Shown here piece by piece: positions 28,225 to 37,291 of a stretch of DNA of 52,318 nucleotides. The notes below the pieces were generated by a model. That model saw nothing but the letters and a program-made list of their open reading frames with translations, was not told the origin of the DNA and ran no database searches. Numbering within the stretch: the stretch's first letter is position 1; the number at the start of each line of letters is the position of its first letter. Both the position numbers and the translations under genes were made by a program. Source of the DNA: Minisyncoccota bacterium (GTDB lineage: Bacteria > Patescibacteriota > Minisyncoccia > Phycocordibacterales > Phycocordibacteraceae). The stretch is from contig DATKSU010000001.1 in assembly GCA_035531495.1 (NCBI GenBank), positions 1-52,318 on the forward strand. The letters run 5' to 3'.

Positions 28225-28251
28225 GGGACACGACGTGTTCCGTTTTTTTTT
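28225..28251 (+). terminator. rho-independent terminator
   Basis: A 7-bp stem GGGACAC/GTGTTCC (one G-U) with a 3-nt loop is followed by a T9 run. Confidence 0.7.
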
Positions 28252-28252
28252 G

Positions 28253-28325
28253 TGACTCCACGGGGACTCGAACCCCGGTTCCCGCCGTGAGAGGGCGGTG
28301 TCCTAGGCCGCTAGACGATGGAGCC
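28253..28325 (-). tRNA. tRNA-Glu (anticodon CTC)
   Basis: The reverse complement folds as GGCTCCA-TC-GTCT..GGAC-A-CCGCC-CTCTCAC-GGCGG..CCGGGGTTCGAGTCCCCG-TGGAGTC-A. TGgTATAAA lies upstream (28335-28343, minus). Confidence 0.9.
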
Positions 28326-28359
28326 GTGCGATTTTTATACCAGAAACGGACCTGCAGCG

Positions 28360-29631
28360 CTACGCGCGCCGCTTCCACTCCTTGTCTTGCCGGACAAGGT
28401 GGACGACGTCGGCCGGGTCCACGAGAAGCGCCTCGACGATGCGCTCCATCCGAACCGATTGGGAGCCCTTGACGAGGATGACGTCGCCTTTCTGCGCGAG
28501 TTCCGACAGCTCGACCGCCGCGCGGCGAGAATCGTCGAAGCGCATCGCGCCGATTTCGTCCTGCGAAACGAAGGCGCGCGCACGGATGCCGACAGCGATG
28601 ACGAGATCCGCCGAAGCGCGCGCGAGCGCGCCGATGCGCTCATGTTCAGCGACCGAGTAGCGTCCAAGCTCGAGCATGTCGCCGAGGACGGCGATGCGTC
28701 GCTTCGCATGCGGGAACGCCTTCAAGGTCGCGAGGATTATCTCGACCGCCGCCGGCGAGGAATTATACGAATCGTCGATGATGAGCGAGCCGTTCTTGCC
28801 GCGGAGGATCCGGCCGCGGCCGCGCGGCGGCACGTAGCCTGCGAGCGCGGCCGCAGCCTCCGCGAGCGGGATGTCGAACGCGAGCGCGGCAGCGAGCGCG
28901 GCAGCGGTTGACGGAATCTGCGCCTTCCCGACCGAACCTTTTACGACGAGCGACACCGATTCTCCGGCGACCGTCGCGCGTGCCTGCATGCCGGCAACAC
29001 GGCCGTCCGACTGGTAGAAATCGATATCGCTCACGCGGATAGTCGCATCTTCAGCCATACCGTACGTGATGAGGCGGACGGGCAGGCGCGCGGCCATCCT
29101 TCGCGCGTGCGAGTCATCGGCCGAGACGACGAGCGGCGCGGCGGGCGCGAGCGCGTACGCCGGCGAGAACTCTTCTTCGCGAACCGCTTCCGGCGACGTG
29201 TACGCTTCGACGTGCACCGGGATATCCGGCAAACGTGTCACGACGACGGCGTCCGGCGTCGCGATGCGCAGGATGCGCGCGAGGTCGCCCGGGCGGTCCG
29301 CACCGACTTCGAGGACGAGCAGGTTCGGATAATGGTTCGGCAGGAGGAGGAGTGTGAGACCGTTCTTGATGACGGACGCCCAGGCGAACGGGTTGCCCCA
29401 CGGGTTCCCGACGCCGAGGATGGTGAACGGCACGCCGAACTCGCTATTGAAACTCTTCTCGCTCTTGCGGGCGAGGAAGCGCTCGCCGAGCACGGTTGCG
29501 ATCGCGTCTTTCGTCGATGTCTTCCCCACCGACCCGGTCACCATCACGATGCGCGGGCGATACTTGCGCACGACGCCTCGGGCGAAGAGCCCGAGCATGA
29601 ACGCAAAAACCGGCTTCAGGATGCGCTTCAT
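28360..29631 (-). CDS. murF: UDP-N-acetylmuramoyl-tripeptide--D-alanyl-D-alanine ligase
   Basis: Mur ligase P-loop VTGSVGKTSTKD, and DDSYNSSPAAV in the C-domain. It lies at the end of the mraZ-rsmH-ftsL-ftsI operon. Confidence 0.9.
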   Translation of the reverse strand: MKRILKPVFAFMLGLFARGVVRKYRPRIVMVTGSVGKTSTKDAIATVLGERFLARKSEKSFNSEFGVPFTILGVGNPWGNPFAWASVIKNGLTLLLLPNHYPNLLVLEVGADRPGDLARILRIATPDAVVVTRLPDIPVHVEAYTSPEAVREEEFSPAYALAPAAPLVVSADDSHARRMAARLPVRLITYGMAEDATIRVSDIDFYQSDGRVAGMQARATVAGESVSLVVKGSVGKAQIPSTAAALAAALAFDIPLAEAAAALAGYVPPRGRGRILRGKNGSLIIDDSYNSSPAAVEIILATLKAFPHAKRRIAVLGDMLELGRYSVAEHERIGALARASADLVIAVGIRARAFVSQDEIGAMRFDDSRRAAVELSELAQKGDVILVKGSQSVRMERIVEALLVDPADVVHLVRQDKEWKRRA

Positions 29632-31367
29632 GGGGAGGTGCTGGTCGCGACGCCGCGGTCAGGTGGCACAGCGTAATAGTCTATCAGGAAATGCACAAGG
29701 TCGACGAGCGCCGGCGTCAGAGAGTCAGCCGCATAGATGGTATTTTTCGGGTCGACCGTATACAGCAGGATGATGAACTGGGGATCGAATGACGGGAAGA
29801 AGGCGACTTCGGAATCCAGGAACTTGTCGTTGTAATAGGTGCCGGTCGGCGTCGGCAGCTGCGCCGTACCGGTCTTTACCGCGACCGACATCGTCGGAAT
29901 CCTCACCTTGCCCCCGTCAAGCACGTCGTCGAAGAGCGCATCCATCATCACGATCGTCTCGCGCGCCGCTGTCGCGCTGAAGACCGGCACATCCGTTCCC
30001 CAGTCATACGGCCGCACGAGGCCCGTATCGAGCATGACGCCCGAAGCAAGGTGCGGCGTGACCATGACGCCGTGGTTAGCGACCGCGCCGAGCGCGCGTA
30101 TCATCTGCATCGGCGTGACCGCGATGCCTTCTCCAAAGGATGCCGTGTCGTAGTAGATCTGCTGCGGCTTCGAGAGATTGCCGATGAGCGCTTCAGATTC
30201 GTTCGGCAGGTCGACGCCTGTCTTCTGCCCGAAGACTTTCGTAAAGTACTCGCGGAACTTGCTCTGTCCAAGCTGCTCCGCGATCCAGGACGCGCCGACG
30301 TTCAAGGACTGCATGATGATGGTCTGCACCGGAATGACGCCGTACGCGTGGTAATTCCAGTTGCAGATCCGTGCCGTGTCGACGGTGATGCAGCCCGTGT
30401 CGTCGTACGTCGACTGCGGCGTGATGACGCCGGCCGTGAGCGCCGATGCCATCGTAATAGGCTTCATGATAGAGCCGAACTCGTAGACGTGCGACACGAG
30501 CGGATTGACGAGGAGCGACGGGTCGATGTTCTGCAGATTGTTCTCGTCAAACGTCGGATAGCTGCCGAGCGCGATGATGGCTCCCGTGGACGGCACCATG
30601 ATGATTCCGCCCGTCGTATTGCTCGAGTACTGCGCGTTTGCGGCGGCAAGGTCGTCGACGAGGCGCGTCTCCACTTCCGGCTCGATGGTCGTGATGATGT
30701 CCCCCTGGTGCGCGTCCCGCGCGTTCACGAGCATGCTTCCGATATTGGAGAAGAGCTCGGCGAAGAAGTTCTTATAAAGCGCGTCGCCCGAGCGCGTGAG
30801 CACATTGTCGTAGTAGGCCTCGAGACCGGTCTGGCCCGTGAGCGTATCGCCCGAGCCGTAGGAGACGATTCCGATGGACTGCGCGGCGAGGTCGCCACCC
30901 GGATAATAGCGCCAACGCTCCCGAAGCACCTCGACGCCGGGGATATTCTCGGCCGCGAGCGTCATGCCTTGCGTGTCGGAGAGATGGTGCGCGACTTCCA
31001 CGTATACGAGGCTTTTCTTCGCCGCTGCCGCGGCGAAGGCGCTCTGGCTCAGGAGCGTCGAGGACGCGACGGCATCTATCGCCGCGTGCGCCGCGGCCGA
31101 ATTGCCGAGTACCTGCGGATTGATAGCGACGAGGAACCCGGTTTCGAGGGTCGCCGCGGAGATGAGTGTTCCGTCCTTGCGCGTGAAGTAGATGGAACCG
31201 CGGTCGAAGAGGCCGCTGCCGCCTGACGCGTACTGCGTCTCGGCCTTCTGCGCGTAATCTTCTCCGTTCACGATCTGCACGAAGTACAGCCGGACGACGA
31301 TGAGGAGCGCGATGAAGACGACCGACGCGAGGACGATCCGGATGCGAGTACGGAACTGTGCGCGCAT
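29628..31367 (-). CDS. ftsI: penicillin-binding protein (class B transpeptidase, FtsI type)
   Basis: An N-terminal TM segment, a dimerisation domain, SIMK (SxxK) and KTGTAQ (KTG). It has the dcw position. Confidence 0.9.
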   Translation of the reverse strand: MRAQFRTRIRIVLASVVFIALLIVVRLYFVQIVNGEDYAQKAETQYASGGSGLFDRGSIYFTRKDGTLISAATLETGFLVAINPQVLGNSAAAHAAIDAVASSTLLSQSAFAAAAAKKSLVYVEVAHHLSDTQGMTLAAENIPGVEVLRERWRYYPGGDLAAQSIGIVSYGSGDTLTGQTGLEAYYDNVLTRSGDALYKNFFAELFSNIGSMLVNARDAHQGDIITTIEPEVETRLVDDLAAANAQYSSNTTGGIIMVPSTGAIIALGSYPTFDENNLQNIDPSLLVNPLVSHVYEFGSIMKPITMASALTAGVITPQSTYDDTGCITVDTARICNWNYHAYGVIPVQTIIMQSLNVGASWIAEQLGQSKFREYFTKVFGQKTGVDLPNESEALIGNLSKPQQIYYDTASFGEGIAVTPMQMIRALGAVANHGVMVTPHLASGVMLDTGLVRPYDWGTDVPVFSATAARETIVMMDALFDDVLDGGKVRIPTMSVAVKTGTAQLPTPTGTYYNDKFLDSEVAFFPSFDPQFIILLYTVDPKNTIYAADSLTPALVDLVHFLIDYYAVPPDRGVATSTSP

Positions 31368-31376
31368 GGGCCCGGG

Positions 31377-31670
31377 TTACCGGAGCGCGGTGACGCTCTT
31401 CGCCGGCACGAACACTTCGGCCACGGGCTTCGCGTAGCCTGCGGTCGCGTAGTCCGTATCCGTAATCTTGGCCACCGTCGCGAGATACTGCGCCTCGAGC
31501 GTCGCGACCTTCGATTCGTCGTTCCGAACCGACTGCGAGAATTCGATTGTGAGCGCGGCATAGCTCATGACGACCGCGATGAGGCCGATGTAGGCGACGC
31601 CGAGGACGGCAACAAGGCCCGTGCAAAGCGAGACGGGAGAGAGCGGGAGATGCAGGCGATTCTTATGCAT
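31377..31670 (-). CDS. FtsL-like single-pass cell-division protein
   Basis: The 97-aa product has one TM segment followed by a short coiled region (VATLEAQYLATV). It sits between rsmH and ftsI. Start is at the internal Met. Confidence 0.5.
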   Translation of the reverse strand: MHKNRLHLPLSPVSLCTGLVAVLGVAYIGLIAVVMSYAALTIEFSQSVRNDESKVATLEAQYLATVAKITDTDYATAGYAKPVAEVFVPAKSVTALR

Positions 31671-32616
31671 ATGAAAAGGCGGGGTTAGGCGGATCAGCGG
31701 GCTCGGCTTCGCGCGAGACGGTAGCGCGCTCGAAGACGCGGAGCTTCGCGCTCCTCGCCCGACGATTCGCGAGGATTTCCACGCGCCCAGGCACGACGGG
31801 CTTCTTCGGCAAGAGCGAGCCGAGACCCTCGTACACCGCATTGCGCAGGATGCCCTTCACGATGCGGTCTTCGATGCTGTGGAAAGTGATGACGGCGAGC
31901 CGGCCGCGCGGCGCGAGCGCGGCGAGTGCGGCAGCAAGCCCGTCCCGCAGCGCCGCGAGCTCGTCGTTCGCCGCGATGCGCAGCGCCTGGAAGGTCTTCG
32001 TCGCCGGATGGATCTTGCGCTCGTGATACCAGCGCGGCGTGCCCGCGAGGACCGCCGTGACGAGCTGTCCGGTCGTGAGGATGCGCGCCTTCGCGCGCGT
32101 CGCGACGATGCTGCGCGTGATGCCGCGCGCGAATCGCTCTTCGCCGTACGTATAGATGAGATCGGCGAGCGCCTCTTCGGACATGCTGTTGACGAGGTCC
32201 GCAGCCGTCTCGCCGCCATCGGCGTACGTCATGAGGAGCGGCTCGTCCTTCTGGAACGAAAAGCCGCGCGGCGCGGCGATCTGGTAGCCGCTCCAGCCGA
32301 GATCGAAGAGCGCTTTGTGCACATGGCCGACGCCGAGTCGCTCGAGGATTCGGCCAAGATTGCGGAAATTGTCGCAGATGAGGTGCGCGATGGGACGATC
32401 GGCGCGCCGGTCCTCGGCGTATGCCGCGCGGGCGCGCTCGACGGCGGCGGAGTCGGCATCGATGCCGATGATGACGCCATCCTTGCCGAGCGCGGCGAGG
32501 AGCGCGGCAAAGTGCCCTGCTCCGCCGATGGTCGCATCGACGACGACATCATCCGGCTGGACGGCGAGCGCTTCAAGCGCTTCGGGAAGGAGGACGCTGT
32601 CGTGGCGCGCTTCCAT
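31663..32616 (-). CDS. rsmH: 16S rRNA (cytosine1402-N4)-methyltransferase
   Basis: HDSVLLPEALEAL...DATIGGAGH...DLGWSGYQ...FHSIEDRIVK. The long upstream part of the track ORF overlaps mraZ and was discarded. Confidence 0.9.
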   Translation of the reverse strand: MEARHDSVLLPEALEALAVQPDDVVVDATIGGAGHFAALLAALGKDGVIIGIDADSAAVERARAAYAEDRRADRPIAHLICDNFRNLGRILERLGVGHVHKALFDLGWSGYQIAAPRGFSFQKDEPLLMTYADGGETAADLVNSMSEEALADLIYTYGEERFARGITRSIVATRAKARILTTGQLVTAVLAGTPRWYHERKIHPATKTFQALRIAANDELAALRDGLAAALAALAPRGRLAVITFHSIEDRIVKGILRNAVYEGLGSLLPKKPVVPGRVEILANRRARSAKLRVFERATVSREAEPADPPNPAFSYA

Positions 32617-32618
32617 AG

Positions 32619-33047
32619 CTAGGCGGTGTCGCCGAGCTTCTCCGCGAGCGCATCGGCGTCGCGCTCTATGGAAGCGGTGTAGCGCTTCCATGCGGTCTCG
32701 TCCCATATCTCGACACGGTCGGCGACGCCTGCGACGATAGCTTTCGCGCGCAGGCCGGCGTAGCTCTTCAGGTGATCGGGCACGAGCACACGGCCCGCGG
32801 TATCGACCTCGGCTTCCATGGCTCCCGCGAGGAAGAGGCGCGCGAGTCCACGCCCGGCTGCAGTCCCGCCGGCATGCGCCGCGCGCATGGCGGCCTCTCT
32901 CGCCCACTCCTTCTTCGGGTACACGAACAGGCAATGATCAAGGCCGCGTGTCATGACGACGCCGCGGCCGAGGTCTTTGCGGAATTTCGCCGGAAGCGAG
33001 AGACGATTCTTCGAATCGAGGGTGTGAGTGTATTCGCCGATGAACAT
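32619..33047 (-). CDS. mraZ: transcriptional regulator MraZ
   Basis: MFIGEYTHTLDSKNRLSLPAKFR plus a second DxxGR repeat (DTAGRVLVPDHL). Confidence 0.9.
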   Translation of the reverse strand: MFIGEYTHTLDSKNRLSLPAKFRKDLGRGVVMTRGLDHCLFVYPKKEWAREAAMRAAHAGGTAAGRGLARLFLAGAMEAEVDTAGRVLVPDHLKSYAGLRAKAIVAGVADRVEIWDETAWKRYTASIERDADALAEKLGDTA

Positions 33048-33078
33048 ACGGGATCGGTGGGCGTAAACGGGAAATCGG

Positions 33079-33123
33079 CCACCACTCCGGCTTCCCACTT
33101 CATCCCACTGATAGTGAATTATA
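33079..33123 (-). promoter_or_regulatory. mraZ promoter (-10 TATAAT) with downstream GTGGGA direct repeats (MraZ-box-like)
   Basis: On the minus strand, TATAAT (33118-33123) is followed by GTGGGA (33103-33108), GTGGGA (33093-33098, exactly 10 nt apart) and a degenerate GTGGTGG (33079-33085). Confidence 0.55.
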
Positions 33124-33174
33124 TGACACTCTCCCCCACTTCCCTACCCGGTTATCCACACGGCCGGAAACGCC

Positions 33175-33197
33175 GAAAAAACGCCGTATGACGGCGC
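33175..33197. terminator. bidirectional terminator downstream of lysK
   Basis: AAAAAA-CGCCG-TATGA-CGGCG-CTTTTT. On the minus strand the hairpin is followed by T6, immediately after the lysK stop. Confidence 0.7.
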
Positions 33198-33216
33198 TTT
33201 TTCCGAGGCCAGACGG

Positions 33217-34785
33217 TCAAGCTGACGCTTCTTTCAGGCGGTTGACGGTGAAGTCATGCGGGAGCCCGGCGAGAAACCAGCCGGCTTTCGGCCCCGAATC
33301 GCGCGCGAGGAAGACGCGATAGAGCCCCTGGAAGAGTTCTTTCGGAACGATTGGGATCTCGGTCTTGAGTTCATGCAGGCGTGCATGAATCTCTTCGCCT
33401 GTCCGCGAGCCGCCCTCAAGGAAGGCCGCGAGCTCTGAGAGCGCGCGCTTTTGCGCAGTCGAGAGTTCCGTGTCTGGCAGGCGCTCCTGAAGCGCATAGC
33501 GATACTCTTCCGGCGCATACGTGGTGAGCCAGAAGCGCGCATATGCGGCGCGCGTCGCGAGTGCCTGCCGTTCATCTTCGGAAAGCTTGCTTCCCTTCGC
33601 GCGCTCGGCCTCCGCTTCGAGCGAGAGATGCGGCATCTGCACGACGAAGGCGACTTCGCGGAATCGCATCTGCCACGGCGCGCCGGCGTCCGCGCGGTTC
33701 TCCGGCAATTGGCAGAGAGAGTATAGCCGCGCATAGTCGTCCGCCTCCCCTTCCCGCGCATGCTCCGCGAGCTCGTCATACCAATCGTAGAGGCGCGGCA
33801 CGGATTCACCGGCAGGATCGACATCGATCTGCTCGCGGATGTCCTTGCCGATGAGGACGAGGCGGAAAACCTCCGGCGGGAAGAGGTCGCTCATGTCTTT
33901 GGCGCTCGTGCCGCGGCCCTTCGACGAGGACATCTTCTTGCCGCCGACGAGGAAGAACTCGTACGGGATATCGAACGGCGGCTCGTCCTTATAGACCTCG
34001 CGGCAGATGTGATTCGCGACGTCGCGCGAACCGCCCTTCGTCGAGTGGTCCTTGCCGCCGCCTTCGACGTCGACGCCGTGCGCGACCCACTTCGCCGCCC
34101 AGTCGGCTTTCCAGTAGAGCTTCGCAGCGCCCTTCCACGGCGCGACGCGGCCCGCGTGCCCGCACGGGACGGTCTCGTCGGGCGAGCGGTCGCACGCGTA
34201 GGCGACCGTCTCGCCGTCGAAGTCATACGCGCGCGTCGTCATCATCTTCCCGCATTTCTCGCACACGACCGAGATCGGGAGCCACGATTCGTCCTTCTCA
34301 GAGCCCGACACTTCCTTGAGGACGCGCCGAACGGCATTCGCGAGCTCGAGCGCGCGACGCATCAAGGGGTCAATCTTGCCCGAGCGGTAGACCTCGGTCG
34401 AGCGGATGTAGCGCGGATGGAAGCCGGCTTTCGCGTGGACAGCCGTGAATTCGGCGCCGAAATATTCCGCGTAATTATCGAAACCGGTCTCGGGGCTCGG
34501 AACGGCGTAGAGCGGCTTGCCCAGGTGCGGGCGAAACGTCGCCTCGTCGAGGTAGCTCGGGATGGAATCGAACGGGTCGAAATCGTTCAGCTCATAGAGG
34601 TATTCATTCGCGATGCCCTGTTCGTCGAGGATCTCCGCGACGAGGCCGTGGATGGCGACGCCGCGCATCGAGCCCACGTGGACGCGGCCGGAAAGGGTCT
34701 TCTCATCCCGTATCAAAAAACGCTTCCCGTCGCGCGGCGCACGCGTATCCCGTATCTCGCCCGCGATGCGATCGACCCAGAGCAT
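33217..34785 (-). CDS. lysK: lysyl-tRNA synthetase, class I
   Basis: The Rossmann-type enzyme has GRVHVGSMRG (HIGH-like) and KMSSSKG (KMSKS). The size and layout match class-I LysRS, not the class II OB-fold enzyme. Confidence 0.85.
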   Translation of the reverse strand: MLWVDRIAGEIRDTRAPRDGKRFLIRDEKTLSGRVHVGSMRGVAIHGLVAEILDEQGIANEYLYELNDFDPFDSIPSYLDEATFRPHLGKPLYAVPSPETGFDNYAEYFGAEFTAVHAKAGFHPRYIRSTEVYRSGKIDPLMRRALELANAVRRVLKEVSGSEKDESWLPISVVCEKCGKMMTTRAYDFDGETVAYACDRSPDETVPCGHAGRVAPWKGAAKLYWKADWAAKWVAHGVDVEGGGKDHSTKGGSRDVANHICREVYKDEPPFDIPYEFFLVGGKKMSSSKGRGTSAKDMSDLFPPEVFRLVLIGKDIREQIDVDPAGESVPRLYDWYDELAEHAREGEADDYARLYSLCQLPENRADAGAPWQMRFREVAFVVQMPHLSLEAEAERAKGSKLSEDERQALATRAAYARFWLTTYAPEEYRYALQERLPDTELSTAQKRALSELAAFLEGGSRTGEEIHARLHELKTEIPIVPKELFQGLYRVFLARDSGPKAGWFLAGLPHDFTVNRLKEASA

Positions 34786-34797
34786 GGGCGTATCGTA

Positions 34798-35271
34798 TCA
34801 CGCGACTTTCTCGATGGTGTACGTCTGCTTGCCGCTCGGGGTCTCGAAGGTGAACGTGTCGCCCTTCTTCTTTCCCATGAGCGCGGCGCCCAAAGGCGAG
34901 AGGTGCGAGAGTTTGCGCTCGCGCATGTCAGCCTCTTCGCTCCCCACGATCACGTATTCGTGCGTGTCGGGGCTGCCGTCCTTCCTGATTATGACCGTCG
35001 AGCCGAAGCCGACCTCGTTCTTCTTCTTGCCGTCGGTCATTATCTTCGCGTGCTTCACGAGCTCCTCGAGTTTCTTGATGCGCTCTTCGGTGGCGGCCTG
35101 CAGGTCGCGCGCTTCCTGGTATTCGGCGTTCTCCGAGAGGTCGCCGAGCGATCGCGCATACTCGAGATTCTTCGCAATTTCCGTACGCCGCACCGTCTTA
35201 AGGTGCTCGAGCTCTTTCGCCATCTCGTCGAATTTCTCCTGCGAGACGACAGTTTCGTGGGCGTCGGGCAT
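34798..35271 (-). CDS. greA: transcription elongation factor GreA
   Basis: An N-terminal coiled-coil with GDLSENAEYQEA, and a C-terminal domain with SPLGAALMGKKKGD. Confidence 0.9.
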   Translation of the reverse strand: MPDAHETVVSQEKFDEMAKELEHLKTVRRTEIAKNLEYARSLGDLSENAEYQEARDLQAATEERIKKLEELVKHAKIMTDGKKKNEVGFGSTVIIRKDGSPDTHEYVIVGSEEADMRERKLSHLSPLGAALMGKKKGDTFTFETPSGKQTYTIEKVA

Positions 35272-35336
35272 AGGCGAGAGGACCGTTTGACCGACATTGT
35301 ACGCGACCGGGGCGGGAGCGCAACCCCTGCGGCGCG

Positions 35337-37040
35337 TCAGGAAGCCGGCGTCGTCGTCGGGGCCGCGACGCCCGTACCGTCGGCGTAGGGCGAATTCTCG
35401 GCGTGCAGGGCCTCGAAGAGGCGCTGCATCACGCGTACGGCCTGCTCACCCGCTCCCGAGGGACCCCGCTCGAGCACGACGGAGAACGCGTACTCGGGGT
35501 GGTCGTACGGGAAGAACCCTTCCACCCAGGCGTTGTCGTATTGGTTGTTCGCGCCCACCTGCGCCGTACCGGTCTTCGCCGCGACGCTCACGTACGGGAG
35601 ATTGACGGCCTGCGCGAGCGCCGTCGTCACGCCGAGGTGCATACCCTGCCGCACGACGTCGAGCATCGCCGGATCGACAGGCACCGTCGTGTACGACGGT
35701 GCCTGGTCGGCGAGGAGGGTCGGCGCGTAGAGCCTGCCGCCGTTGGCGATCGCCGCGGTGGCGCGCGCCATCTGGATCGGCGTCACCTGCATCGAATACT
35801 GGCCGATGGCCGTGAAGTACGTATCGCCGAGATACCACGGCTGGCCCTGCGTCGATTCTTTCCACGCGGGGCTCGGCACGAGCCCGCTCGCCTCTCCGGG
35901 CAGGTCGATGCCCGTCGGGCTGCCGAAGCCGAACGCGCGATACCAGTAATCGAGTCGGTCGATACCGAGGCCTTTCTGCGAGCCGAAACCGCCGCCGACC
36001 GTGTAGAAGAAGATGTCGGACGACCAGGCGATGGCCTGGCGCACGTCGACGGGGCCGAGTGCTTTCCAGCCCGTATACGTGAAGACCTGCCCGGGATGGT
36101 ACGGGTCGGGCACTTCGAGCTTCCCCGTGTCGTCGATGACGGTCGAGGGCGTGATGAGGCCGTCGGTGAGCGCGCCGGCGGCGATGAACGGCTTCACGAT
36201 GGAGCCCGGCGCGTAAACGCCCTGCACCGCGTGGTCGAGGAACGGATGCCCCGAATCGCTGCCGTAGCTCGCAATGACGTTCGAGGGCCCGCCGCTCGCC
36301 ATCACGTTCGGGTCGTAGGTTGGGTATGAGACGATGGCGCGCACCTCGCCCGAATGGACGTCCATGATGACGCCGCCGCCCGCGATGAAATGCTGCTCTT
36401 GCGCGACCGATGCGAGGGCGGCGGCGAATTTCTTCTCGAGGTCCGCGTCGATGGAGAGCCGCAGCGTCTGACCGTCCTCGGGCGGCACGACCGTGCCCTC
36501 CGAACGGACGTTGCCGAGCGCGTCGGTCTCGGTGAGAAGTTCCCCGTTCTTCCCGGCGAGGAGGCCGTCATACTCGGCCTCGAGGCCGGCGACGCCCGTC
36601 TCGCGCGTGTCGTAGTAGACGCCGTTCGCGTCTTTCTTCGGATAGGACACGTAGCCGATGATCTGGCCGAGCGACGGCACGGGATAGTCGCGCTCGACGG
36701 AGCCGTCGGATTGCGCCGCGTTATCGGCGAGGATGGCGCCGTTCCGGTCCGTGATGACGCCGCGGCGGGCGAAAATGATGGTCGACGCGAGCGAGTTGTG
36801 CGCGCTCTCTGCCGCGAAAGCCGGGCCATTCATTATCTCGAGATTCCAGGCGCGCGAGATGAGGACGAGCATGAGGATGGCGAGCGCGACGCCGAGCGAG
36901 ATGAATGTGGAGCGCGAGAGCGGCGTCTCGATGCGCCCTTCGAAGCGAGCGCGGTCGAACGCGGGTGCGTTCGACGCGTCGAGGAATATCTCATCGGGAG
37001 CGATCTCCGGATCGTGTCGCCGCTGCCGCCACCACTTCAT
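35337..37040 (-). CDS. mrdA: penicillin-binding protein 2 (elongasome transpeptidase)
   Basis: A TM anchor, SIVK (SxxK) and KTGTAQV. It lies immediately downstream of mreBCD. Start is at the internal Met (MKWWRQRR). Confidence 0.85.
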   Translation of the reverse strand: MKWWRQRRHDPEIAPDEIFLDASNAPAFDRARFEGRIETPLSRSTFISLGVALAILMLVLISRAWNLEIMNGPAFAAESAHNSLASTIIFARRGVITDRNGAILADNAAQSDGSVERDYPVPSLGQIIGYVSYPKKDANGVYYDTRETGVAGLEAEYDGLLAGKNGELLTETDALGNVRSEGTVVPPEDGQTLRLSIDADLEKKFAAALASVAQEQHFIAGGGVIMDVHSGEVRAIVSYPTYDPNVMASGGPSNVIASYGSDSGHPFLDHAVQGVYAPGSIVKPFIAAGALTDGLITPSTVIDDTGKLEVPDPYHPGQVFTYTGWKALGPVDVRQAIAWSSDIFFYTVGGGFGSQKGLGIDRLDYWYRAFGFGSPTGIDLPGEASGLVPSPAWKESTQGQPWYLGDTYFTAIGQYSMQVTPIQMARATAAIANGGRLYAPTLLADQAPSYTTVPVDPAMLDVVRQGMHLGVTTALAQAVNLPYVSVAAKTGTAQVGANNQYDNAWVEGFFPYDHPEYAFSVVLERGPSGAGEQAVRVMQRLFEALHAENSPYADGTGVAAPTTTPAS

Positions 37041-37291
37041 CCCTCGATGATACTCGGCTTCAAGCGGTTGCGCACGAGGTAGGCCGCGAGCGTCACGGCG
37101 GCACCCGCGATCGTGCCGAGCGGCAGCATTCCCGCCGCATGCGTGTAATAGAGCGTATCGGAAAAGATACCGGCAACGACAGGGAGCAAGGGGACGGCGA
37201 GCGATGAGCTGACGACGAGGAGCGCCGTGACCGGCCACGGGAAGAGGATGACCGATGCGAGCGTCGCGACCGTGAGCGTGCCGCGTATCAT
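37037..37291 (-). CDS. mreD: rod shape-determining protein MreD-like small membrane protein
   Basis: The 84-aa all-hydrophobic protein sits between mreC and mrdA, and its start and stop overlap them. Assignment is by position and hydropathy. Confidence 0.6.
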   Translation of the reverse strand: MIRGTLTVATLASVILFPWPVTALLVVSSSLAVPLLPVVAGIFSDTLYYTHAAGMLPLGTIAGAAVTLAAYLVRNRLKPSIIEG

